Below, one piece after another: positions 49,266-57,418 of a stretch of 64,000 bases of DNA. This DNA comes from Rhizomicrobium sp. (GTDB taxonomy: Bacteria > Pseudomonadota > Alphaproteobacteria > Micropepsales > Micropepsaceae). The translations under genes and the position numbers were made by a program. Location of the stretch: positions 153,365 through 217,364 of the forward strand of contig JBBCIC010000009.1 in NCBI GenBank assembly GCA_037200865.1. Reading direction: 5' to 3'. The notes under the pieces were generated by a model that saw only the letters and a list, made by a program, of their open reading frames with translations, did no database searches and was not told where the DNA came from. Each line of letters begins with the position of its first letter. The stretch's first letter is position 1.

Positions 49266-50021
49266 CTAACCCGCGGCCGCGATGCCGCCGTCGACGTGCA
49301 GAATTTCACCGTTGACGAACGACGCCGCCGGCGACAGCAGGAACGCCACCGCCTGTGCGTTGTCGTCGGCATTGCCCAGCCGGCGCAGCGGGATCGTCCG
49401 CGTCCGCCGCGCATATTCTTCCTGGCTGTTGAGACCGAGCGCGCCCGGCGTCGGCACCGAGCCCGGCGCCACCGCATTGACCCGCACCTTTTTCGGCCCG
49501 AGCTCCGCCGCCAGCGTCTTGGTCAGCGTCACGATCGCGCCTTTCACCAGGCTGTAGACGGCGGTGTTGGGAAAGCCTTTCTCCGCCACCGGCGAGGCCA
49601 TGTTCACGATGGCGCCGCCGCGCCCCTTGTCCATGTGCAGGAGCAGAGCCTGCGCCCCCCAGAGCGAGCCTTTGATCCCGACCCCCAGCATGCGGTCGAC
49701 CACGTCGTCGCGCACGTCTTCGATGGGCTCGTAGCGCAACAGCATGGCGTTGTTGACCACCGCGTCGATGCGGCCGCTGTGCTCCGCGAAGCGCGCCGCG
49801 GCGGCGTGGAAGGCGTCGCGGTCCGCCGCGTCGAAGGCGAAGTCCGCGGCGCGGCCGCCGCTTTCGCGGATCGCCTCGACGGTGTCCGCGCAATTGGCGG
49901 CATCGATATCGCAGACGCCGACCCGCGCGCCGCAGCGCGCCAGGAGCTCTGCCGCGGCGCGGCCGAGGCCGCGTCCCGCGCCGGTGATCAATATCGCCTG
50001 GTCCTTCAGATCCCAGTCCAT
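49266..50021 (-). CDS. Short-chain dehydrogenase/reductase
   Basis: TGAGRGLG, NNA, YSLVK and VDGG motifs. Confidence 0.92.
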   Translation of the reverse strand: MDWDLKDQAILITGAGRGLGRAAAELLARCGARVGVCDIDAANCADTVEAIRESGGRAADFAFDAADRDAFHAAAARFAEHSGRIDAVVNNAMLLRYEPIEDVRDDVVDRMLGVGIKGSLWGAQALLLHMDKGRGGAIVNMASPVAEKGFPNTAVYSLVKGAIVTLTKTLAAELGPKKVRVNAVAPGSVPTPGALGLNSQEEYARRTRTIPLRRLGNADDNAQAVAFLLSPAASFVNGEILHVDGGIAAAG

Positions 50022-50899
50022 CACACCGCCTTCAGCTTCCAGCTCTTCGCATCGCTCACGACATAGCCCGACGAGGGGTGGCAGAAATGCGTCCCGATCA
50101 CGAGCACCTTCTTGTCCGCCACCCGCTCGATCATCGCCCTCCGCGTCATGATGCCCGCGTCCTTGTCCATGTCGAAATTGACCCGCCGGTCGTGCTCGGC
50201 GAACTGGATCGGGTGATGCATCATGTCGCCGGTGATGACCGCTTCCTCGCCCTTGGATTTGATCAGCACGCTGACATGGCCGGGCGTGTGGCCGGGCGTC
50301 GGAAAGACGCTGACCTCGTCGGTGATCCTCGCCGTCGGCCCGATGAGATCGACCAGTCCGGCGTCGACCACCGGCCCGATGGCATCGTTCATATGCGTGA
50401 GATCGTGATAGTCGCCGGTCCGCTCCAGCATTTTCCAATGCTCGTATTCCGCGTCGCCGAACAGATAGCGCGCCTGAGGGAAGGTCGGCACCCATTTGCC
50501 TTCGACCTTCATCGTGTTCCAGCCGACGTGATCGAAATGCAGATGCGTGCACAGCACCTTGGTGATGCTCTCGCGCGGGAAGCCGGCGAGCTTGAGGTCG
50601 TCGAGGAAGCTGGTGTGCATGTTGGTGAAGATGTCGAATTCCCGCTCCCGGCCGTTGCCGATGCAGGTGTCGATCATCACGCGGTCCTTGCCCGCACTCA
50701 GGACGAAGCACTGGAAGGAAATCTTCATCCGCCCGTCGGGCGTGATGAAATGCGGCTGCAGCCAGTCATATTGCAGCGCGGTTTCCGCCGTCATGCCTTC
50801 CGACAGCATGCTGAACGGGTCGGTGTGGTCGTTGACCTCGACGATGCGCGCGATCTCGACGTCGCCCACCTGCCATTTCCTGATGTGTTCGGCGGCCAT
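50021..50899 (-). CDS. Metallo-beta-lactamase fold hydrolase
   Basis: THLHFDHVG, PGHTPGH, TGD and GTHF motifs. Confidence 0.9.
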   Translation of the reverse strand: MAAEHIRKWQVGDVEIARIVEVNDHTDPFSMLSEGMTAETALQYDWLQPHFITPDGRMKISFQCFVLSAGKDRVMIDTCIGNGREREFDIFTNMHTSFLDDLKLAGFPRESITKVLCTHLHFDHVGWNTMKVEGKWVPTFPQARYLFGDAEYEHWKMLERTGDYHDLTHMNDAIGPVVDAGLVDLIGPTARITDEVSVFPTPGHTPGHVSVLIKSKGEEAVITGDMMHHPIQFAEHDRRVNFDMDKDAGIMTRRAMIERVADKKVLVIGTHFCHPSSGYVVSDAKSWKLKAV

Positions 50900-50913
50900 G
50901 GCGTTCTCCCGTT

Positions 50914-52545
50914 TCAGTTCATTTGCAGATGGAGCGGCGCCGGTGCCGCCCTGCCCAGGATCATATCAGCGGCTTTCTCCGCCACCATCATCACGGGCGC
51001 GTTGGTGTTGCCCCCCATCAGCTTGGGGAAGACCGAGGCATCGGCAACCCGCAACCCCTCGATCCCGCGCACTTTCAGCTCGGGCGTCACCACGGCATCG
51101 TCGTCGACCCCCATGCGGCAGCTTCCGGCCGGATGGTGCACCGTCGCGGCAGTGGCGCGGACATAGTCCCGCCATTGCGCGTCGCCCGCGACGGTCGCGC
51201 CGGGCAGGAACTCCGTCGCGCGATAGGGTGCAAAAACGGGGGTCGCGAACACCCGCCGGGCGAGATCGAGGCCGCGCACCAGGGGGTCGATATCCTCCGG
51301 TGCGCTCAGCAGCCTCGGATCGACGAGCGGCAGGGCGCGCGGATCGGCGCTCTTGAGCGTCACGCTGCCGCGGCTCTTGGGATGCAGCAGCACGATGCTG
51401 ATCGCGAAGCCATGACCGAGGGGCAGGGGAAACAGGTTCTGGTTGCGCCGCGCCGGCTGGAACACGACCTGGATATCCGGCCGGTCGAGCCCGGCGGTCG
51501 AGCGCAGCACGGCATGCGACTCGAACACATTGCTCGCGAACGGCCCCTGGCGCGCCAGCAGATACTGCAACACGTTCCACGCCCCGCGCGGCAGCGCTTT
51601 CAGCGAGATACCGTAGGATTGCGCATTCGCCGTCCACATCTGCACATTGGCGGCGATGTGATCATGGTAGTTTGCGCCGACCGCGGGCAGGTCGTGCTGC
51701 ACCGCGATGCCCAGCGCCCGGAGCGCGGCGCCGTCCCCGATGCCCGACAGCAGCAGCATCTGCGGCGAGCCGATGGCGCCGCCGCTCAGGATCACCTCGC
51801 GCCGCGCCGCGATGCGCCGCGTCTCGCTGCCGCGCAGGACATCGACACCGACGGCGCGCCTGTTCTCGACGGCAATGCGGGCGACCGGCGCGTCGGTCAT
51901 CACCGTCAGGTTGGGGCGATGGACTGCGGGTTTGAGGAACGCGGTCACGCCGGATTCGCGCCGCCCGCCCCGAATGGCCCCTTGGCGCAGGCCGTAGCCT
52001 TCGGGGTCGGGCCCGTTGAAGTCGTCGCAGTGACGGAACTGCAAGGCGCGCATCGCGTCCGCGAACACCGCGTTGAGCGGATTGGGATTGCGGATGCTGC
52101 CGACATGCATCGGCCCGCCATGACCGTGGAACGGCGAGCCGGCATAATCCGCATTGTCCTCTGAGCGCAGGAAATAGGGCAGCACCTCGGCCCAGCTCCA
52201 GCCACGGTTACCCGCCGCCGCCCAGTCGTCGTAGTCCTTGGGGTGGCCGCGAAAATAGACCATGCCGTTGACCGAACTCGATCCGCCAAGCACCCGGCCG
52301 CGCGGGATCGGGATGCGCCGCCCGTTCAGGTTCTCCTGCGGCACGGTCTCCAGGCCCCAGCTCAGCTCCTTGAGCGTCAGCGCCGCGCCGACCAGGGCGG
52401 GCACCTTGATGAACGGGTGGGCATCGCGGCCGCCGGCTTCGATCAGGCACACTCTATTACCGGGGTCCTCGGACAGCCGGTTGGCCAGCACGCAGCCCGC
52501 CGTGCCGGCGCCCGCGATCACATAGTCGAAGGACGGATCGCCCAT
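50914..52545 (-). CDS. GMC family oxidoreductase
   Basis: GAGTAG, LGGSSSVNGM, HPAGSCRMG and GNTNAP motifs. Confidence 0.93.
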   Translation of the reverse strand: MGDPSFDYVIAGAGTAGCVLANRLSEDPGNRVCLIEAGGRDAHPFIKVPALVGAALTLKELSWGLETVPQENLNGRRIPIPRGRVLGGSSSVNGMVYFRGHPKDYDDWAAAGNRGWSWAEVLPYFLRSEDNADYAGSPFHGHGGPMHVGSIRNPNPLNAVFADAMRALQFRHCDDFNGPDPEGYGLRQGAIRGGRRESGVTAFLKPAVHRPNLTVMTDAPVARIAVENRRAVGVDVLRGSETRRIAARREVILSGGAIGSPQMLLLSGIGDGAALRALGIAVQHDLPAVGANYHDHIAANVQMWTANAQSYGISLKALPRGAWNVLQYLLARQGPFASNVFESHAVLRSTAGLDRPDIQVVFQPARRNQNLFPLPLGHGFAISIVLLHPKSRGSVTLKSADPRALPLVDPRLLSAPEDIDPLVRGLDLARRVFATPVFAPYRATEFLPGATVAGDAQWRDYVRATAATVHHPAGSCRMGVDDDAVVTPELKVRGIEGLRVADASVFPKLMGGNTNAPVMMVAEKAADMILGRAAPAPLHLQMN

Positions 52546-52554
52546 GCCCGGCGT

Positions 52555-53715
52555 CTAGGTGGCTGCCGAGACGGCGATGTCCGACAGGCGCCGCCAGCGC
52601 AGATAGTTGGCGTCGGCGTTCATGACCCCGGTCATCAGCCCGACGAAGGTCAGATCAAGCTCGGGATCGACCCACCAGATCGTCGTGCCGGCGCCATAGC
52701 CGCCGAAAGTGCTGGGCGACGTCATCGCGCCGTAGAGATTGACGCCGACGGTTTCGCCGCGCAGCGGAAAGCCGAGCCCGATATAGGCGGGGATGACCGG
52801 CCAGCCGCGGTCGAGGCACAGCTTCTTGAAGACCTCGTTGGGCTTGTCGCCGGTCCAGTTGCGCCGCGCCAGCTTGACGCTGGTCGGCGAGAGAATGCGC
52901 ACGCCGTTGCCCTCGCCCTGCCGCCGCAGCATCTCGGCGAAGCGGTACATGTCGAGCGCCGTCGACACGATGCCGACCCACGGCATCTCGGCGTCTTCCT
53001 CCTCGAAGGCGCCGTTGGGGCCGAGATTGCTGTGCCCCAGATGCTGGGTCGGCGAGTTGCCGCGGAATTCGGGAACGAGATGACGCTCTTTGAGATCGCG
53101 GCGGCGGCCGACCGAGGTGTCCTTGAGGCCCAGCGGGAACAGCAGCTCCTCGTTCGCGATGTCGCGGAAACGCCGCCCCTTGGGATCGGTCTTGACCAGC
53201 ATGTAGCCGAGCATCGAATGGCTGACGAGCGCGGAATAGGCGACGACCTCGTTCGGCCGGTGCTCGGCGGCGATGCGCTCGCAGATCGTCATCACCATGT
53301 CTTCGAGCACGTCGATATACATGCCCTCGTTCGGCGTATAGATCGGCGGCATGCCGGACGAGTGCGTCAGCAGGTGCAGCACCGTGATGTCGTCGCGGCC
53401 CTTGCCGGCGAACTGCGGGACGACGTCCTTCACCTTGGTGTGGAAGGCGAACTGGCCCTTTTCGATGGCGCGCAGCACCAGCACGTTGGTGAACGACTTG
53501 GTGACCGAGAACAGGCTGAAGACCGAATCCTTCTTCACCGGCCGCGTCTTCTTGGAATCGGCATGGCCGAACGCCTCGTACAGGCCGATCTCGCCGTGCC
53601 GCGCGACGATCATCGCGCCGCCGAAATAGAGGTCCTTGGCGATGTCGTCTTCGATGACGGCTTTGAGATGCTGAAGCCGCTCGGCGTTCAGTCCATGAGT
53701 CCCGGCAGCGTTCAT
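52555..53715 (-). CDS. Serine hydrolase, beta-lactamase family (family VIII esterase/amidase-like)
   Basis: SxxK (FSVTK), LLTHSSG, YS motif and WVDP. Confidence 0.88.
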   Translation of the reverse strand: MNAAGTHGLNAERLQHLKAVIEDDIAKDLYFGGAMIVARHGEIGLYEAFGHADSKKTRPVKKDSVFSLFSVTKSFTNVLVLRAIEKGQFAFHTKVKDVVPQFAGKGRDDITVLHLLTHSSGMPPIYTPNEGMYIDVLEDMVMTICERIAAEHRPNEVVAYSALVSHSMLGYMLVKTDPKGRRFRDIANEELLFPLGLKDTSVGRRRDLKERHLVPEFRGNSPTQHLGHSNLGPNGAFEEEDAEMPWVGIVSTALDMYRFAEMLRRQGEGNGVRILSPTSVKLARRNWTGDKPNEVFKKLCLDRGWPVIPAYIGLGFPLRGETVGVNLYGAMTSPSTFGGYGAGTTIWWVDPELDLTFVGLMTGVMNADANYLRWRRLSDIAVSAAT

Positions 53716-53977
53716 GGCACTCCCTGTGCATGCTCTCGCGGCGTCGCTTGCCGCGCGCTACGAACGCTTTTTCAGCGCGTTTGATCAATCGGTTATTCGG
53801 AATTTAAGGACGGTTGAGATCGCCTGTCCAGCCGCGCGCGACGCGTGCGCGCTCGAATGCGCGCGTTGCGCCGAACTATTGCGCGCAGAGTGCAGGCGAC
53901 GCGCGCCGTCGCGGCCGGCGCTGGCAGGTTGTTGAAAAACCATGACGGGCGAGGTTGGAAAGTCTACTCTGCTCTTT

Positions 53978-54004
53978 TGACCGCTATCGGACCCAAAGCG
54001 GACA
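53978..54004. repeat. Short palindromic element TGACCGCT-N11-AGCGGACA
   Basis: Imperfect inverted repeat just downstream of the APH-like gene; resembles GTCCGCT...AGCGGAC extragenic repeats of alphaproteobacteria. Confidence 0.35.
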
Positions 54005-54061
54005 CGCGGCCGAGCCGTCTATGCGTATGCACCGAGCGCGCTGCGATTGTCGAAAGGCCTG

Positions 54062-54874
54062 CTACTCGTCCTCCGAGCGCAGGTATGCCTCGACGCGCCG
54101 GATCAGGCGCTCCCGCTGGGCAGGCGCCACCCCCCGCGAGGAGGTGGACACGGGCGAGGGGCAGATATGGCTCATCGCCGCTGTCAGTGCCGCGGGGGAC
54201 ATGCCGGCGAGCCGTGCATATTCGGACTGCAAGGCCGCATTGACCGCACGCGGCCGCTCCGGATTGTCGACGACTTCCGGGGCGAGCTCGGAAAGGCTGA
54301 TATGGCAGCACCCAAGGTCCAAGGCGGCGGACGCTTGGACGGCACCGCTCCAGTCGATGATCCTCGGACCATCCGCCGTCATGATCACGTTGCCGGGGTG
54401 AAGGTCGCAATGGCATAGGCGGTTCCCCGGCGGCAGGCGCTCGATCAGGGAGAGGATACCGGTGCCGATGTGCTTCGGAAGCATTCCGCCGTAGAGCCGC
54501 AAACTGCCGTCCATCCAGTCGCGCAAGGAGGGTACGTCCGGTGGCGGGGGCGTCTTGTGAACGGAGATACAGACCGTCGCGAGGATCGCCCCCGTCTGCT
54601 CGAACGTTGTGGCGCCGCTCCGCGAAAGCTGCAGCAGGGTCGGTCCGTCGAAGCGCGTCAGCACGATGCCGAAGCGCCCCTCCAAGTTCACCTCGTCGAA
54701 CACCTCCGGCGCCGGGACGCCGGCAGCGAAGGCGGCACGGGTCATTCGCGCCTCGTGCCGGCTGACCCGCCGCGGGACGCCGGCCTTAAACAGCTTCAGG
54801 GCTTGACCGGGCGCCCAGGCGTGGACGTCGGCAAAGGCGCCTTCGCCGATCTTCTCTCCGAGGAATCCCCGCAT
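54062..54874 (-). CDS. Aminoglycoside phosphotransferase/choline kinase-like protein
   Basis: IGEGAFADV, LKLF, HCDLHPGNV (Brenner motif) and IIDW. Confidence 0.85.
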   Translation of the reverse strand: MRGFLGEKIGEGAFADVHAWAPGQALKLFKAGVPRRVSRHEARMTRAAFAAGVPAPEVFDEVNLEGRFGIVLTRFDGPTLLQLSRSGATTFEQTGAILATVCISVHKTPPPPDVPSLRDWMDGSLRLYGGMLPKHIGTGILSLIERLPPGNRLCHCDLHPGNVIMTADGPRIIDWSGAVQASAALDLGCCHISLSELAPEVVDNPERPRAVNAALQSEYARLAGMSPAALTAAMSHICPSPVSTSSRGVAPAQRERLIRRVEAYLRSEDE

Positions 54875-55091
54875 CGCCGTCTTCCGCCGCCAGGCAAAGA
54901 TACCGCCTCCCGTTGCGGCCGCCGGGAGTAGTGGGCCTTCACTCTTGCAGCAGCGGCCTGCAACCAGATTCGGTTACCGAATCTCATGCTGCAACATGAA
55001 TGCGAACACAACCGGCAACCGCAGTGCGGCGCAGCAGCACCGTGACCAGCCGGCAAGTTGCGCCTGAAACGACTACTTCTTCAACAACCTG

Positions 55092-55809
55092 CTAGATGTG
55101 GAGCTTGGCGTTGCGCTTGCACAAGGCCAGGAGCGCAGTGCGGTTATGGATGTGCAGGCCGGTGTGATTGATCTCGATCCAGTTCTCGCGCCGCCAGCGT
55201 TCGAGCTTGCGGTTCACCGCTTCGCGCGACGCGCCGATATGATGGGCGATCTCCGAACTGATTGTAGATGATCCGGCCGTTGACCGATTCGATGAGCACG
55301 AAGCGCGCCAGCCGCTTGCCCAGCTCCATGGGCGAGGTCCGCTCGACCAGCGCATCGGTCTCGCGCAGCCGTTTCGTCAGGACGCGCACCAGCGCCAGCG
55401 CCGCTTCCGGTTCCGCCAGCAGGGCGTCGTGGATCGGCGCGCGGTCGATCCGCAGCAGCTCGCATTTGCGCGTGGCGTTGGCGTTGGTGACGCGCGGCGC
55501 GCCGTCCAGCGCCCCCATTTCGCCGATCACCGACCCGGCGCCGATGCGCGCCAGCCACACCGCGCGTCCGTCCAGGCCGGGTATGGTGATCTCGATCTCG
55601 CCCGCGAACAGCGCGAAGGCGGCGTCGGAGCGGTCGCCGTGGCCGAACAGCTTCTGGCCCTTTTCGAGGTGGAGGATCGTTCCCGATTCCGCCAGCACCA
55701 GCCGGCGGGCGGGCGAGAGCGCGGCGAACACGCTGTCGCGCGCCAGGGCGGCCGCGATTTTCGCTGGTTTTCCACCATCCGCCTTGGTGAACGTCGAATC
55801 CCCACTCAT
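55092..55809 (-). CDS. Crp/Fnr family transcriptional regulator (one +1 frameshift at ~55256)
   Basis: cNMP-binding domain (IGEMGALDGAPRVTNA) in one frame and HTH (EIAHHIGASREAVNRKL) in another. Removing one A at 55256-57 gives a 238-aa protein. Confidence 0.88.
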
Positions 55810-55873
55810 CGCGTTGAAATTAACAATCGCGCATCGCGGTGCAAGGGACCGGATCGCCGCGTCGCAGGTCGAA

Positions 55874-55920
55874 ATACCCATATTGGGTATATGTAGACGC
55901 TTCCCGAGAGGAAGGTCTAC
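55874..55920. promoter_or_regulatory. Two adjacent inverted repeats in the divergent promoter region
   Basis: ATACCCA-TAT-TGGGTAT (55874-55890) and GTAGAC.CTTCC-N5-GGAAG-GTCTAC (55893-55920). Confidence 0.45.
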
Positions 55921-56039
55921 CGTTCGGCTACCATCGATTTTTCGAGTGTGGCGGTTTTGCGCTGTGATCGACTTGTCTTGACGGTTCGGGCGGGCCGGCC
56001 CAAATGTTGCGCGTCTTATCCATCGGGGGAGTTCCGCTT

Positions 56040-57320
56040 ATGAACAGTTCCGGATTCAGCAGGGGCAAGCTGCTCCTTGGCGCCGCCGCTCTTGCGGTCG
56101 TCGCCGGCGGCGTCCTCATCGGAAGCCAGTACTATCCGGCCAAGCCGGGCCACACGTCCGGCACCATCGTGCCGATGGAACGCTATCATGAAGGTCAGGT
56201 CCAGCAGGGTGACGTCGTCACCGGCGACACCCAGATCCCGAACATGATGCAGACCGACTCGTTCCAGGATCTGACCAAGAACACCCAGGCCGCGTCGCAA
56301 GCCGCCTCGCAGGCCGCCAGCCAGGCCGCCAGCCAGGCTGCTTCGCAAGCCGCGGCGCTCGCCGCGTCGCAGGCCGCAAGCCAGTCGGCAAGCCACGCCG
56401 CCAGCCAGGCCGCGTCGCTCGCCGCGTCGCAGGCCGCACTCACCGCCGCCTCGCACGCTGCCTCGCAAGCCGCCTCGGCCGCTTCGCAGGCGGCGAGCGG
56501 CGCCAGCGCCGCCAATCAGGCCGCGCTGAATGCAGCATCGCATGCGGCATCGCAGGCCGCGGCTCTGGCCGCCAGCGCGGCGTCCTCGCAGGCCGCGGCT
56601 TTGGCGGCTTCCCAGGCGGCGTCTCAGGCGGCGGCTCGCGCGGCGTCTCAGGCGGCGGCGCTCGCCGCCTCCCAGGCGGCGTCGCAGGCTGCTTCCCACG
56701 CCGCTTCGCAAGCTGCGGCGCTCGCCGCCTCGCAGGCTGCCTCGCACGCCTCATCTCAGGCCGCCTCGCAGGCGGCGTCGCTCGCCGCTTCGCAGGCTGC
56801 GTCGCATGCAGCTTCCCAGGCCGCCTCTCAGGCCGCGTCGCAAGCCGCGGCGCTTGCCGCCTCCCAGGCCGCTTCGCAGGCTGCGTCTCAAGCGGCCTCG
56901 CAGGCCGCCAGCCAGGCCGCGGCGGCCCAGGCCGCCTTGAATGCTGCGTCGCAGGCGGCGTCAGCAGCGGCCTCTTCGCAGGCCGCATCGGCCTCGGCGG
57001 CGTCCTTCGCGGCGTCGCAGGCGGCCTTGACCGCCGCTTCGCAGGCGGCGTCGCAGGCCGCTTCGCAGGCTGCTTCCCACGCCGCGTCGCAAGCCGCCGC
57101 TCTCGCGGCGTCCCAGGCGGCGAGCCAGGCTGCTTCGCAGGCGGCTTCTCAGGCCGCTTCCCAGGCCGCGTCGCAGGCCGCCGCGCTCGCGGCGTCCCAG
57201 GCGGCGAGCCAAGCGGCTTCGCAGGCTGCCTCGCAAGCTGCATCCCAGGCCGCGTCGCAGGCTGCTTCCCAAGCCGCGAGCGCCGCTGCCGCGTCCCAGG
57301 CGGCTTCGCAGCAACACTAA
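56040..57320 (+). CDS. 426-aa N-terminally anchored protein with ~340-aa (AASQ)n low-complexity repeat
   Basis: GGGGGAG SD before ATG at 56040; hydrophobic segment at residues 11-28; ~55-aa unique spacer; then AASQ/AAAL/AASH tetrads to the C-terminus. Confidence 0.9.
   Translation: MNSSGFSRGKLLLGAAALAVVAGGVLIGSQYYPAKPGHTSGTIVPMERYHEGQVQQGDVVTGDTQIPNMMQTDSFQDLTKNTQAASQAASQAASQAASQAASQAAALAASQAASQSASHAASQAASLAASQAALTAASHAASQAASAASQAASGASAANQAALNAASHAASQAAALAASAASSQAAALAASQAASQAAARAASQAAALAASQAASQAASHAASQAAALAASQAASHASSQAASQAASLAASQAASHAASQAASQAASQAAALAASQAASQAASQAASQAASQAAAAQAALNAASQAASAAASSQAASASAASFAASQAALTAASQAASQAASQAASHAASQAAALAASQAASQAASQAASQAASQAASQAAALAASQAASQAASQAASQAASQAASQAASQAASAAAASQAASQQH
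56289..57311 (+). repeat. Degenerate 12-nt tandem repeat (GCN GCN TCN CAR) encoding AASQ
   Basis: Visible 12-nt periodicity with heavy third-position variation. Confidence 0.95.
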
Positions 57321-57336
57321 GACAAGAACGATCCAC

Positions 57337-57375
57337 AACAACCACCGTCCCCTGGACGGTGGTTGTTTCTTTTTG
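57337..57375 (+). terminator. Intrinsic terminator after the repeat gene
   Basis: Perfect 14-bp stem AACAACCACCGTCC-CCT-GGACGGTGGTTGTT followed by TCTTTTT. Confidence 0.85.
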
Positions 57376-57418
57376 TGTCTAGATGCCAATCTGAGTCGTA
57401 GGGCATCGGGGGTCGATC

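Noticed and set aside
255-54418. Many long overlapping ORFs (e.g. 3011..4903-, 4873..7794-, 10750..12858-, 25830..28304-, 28075..30888+, 34061..37207-, 34432..36810+)
   Set aside because: They are antisense or off-frame shadows of motif-supported genes, Arg/Pro/Ala-rich with no motifs, as expected in high-GC DNA.
44150-54874. MBL, beta-lactamase-family and APH-like genes as antibiotic resistance genes
   Set aside because: Only fold-level motifs are present. The hydrolases lack signal peptides and sit in a catabolic operon, so there is no evidence for resistance function.
56040-56130. Possible type IV prepilin leader (SGFS...) or lipoprotein signal in the repeat protein
   Set aside because: There is no Glu at +5, RGK interrupts the segment after GF, and there is no lipobox Cys.
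56289-57311. Possible CRISPR array or non-coding satellite
   Set aside because: There are no constant repeats with unique spacers and no cas genes, and the variation is concentrated at third codon positions.
56016-57389. Arg-rich or (EAAC/AAW)n ORFs on other frames and the minus strand of the repeat
   Set aside because: They are by-products of the 12-nt repeat. Only the + frame has an SD, a TM segment, a terminator and synonymous-type variation.
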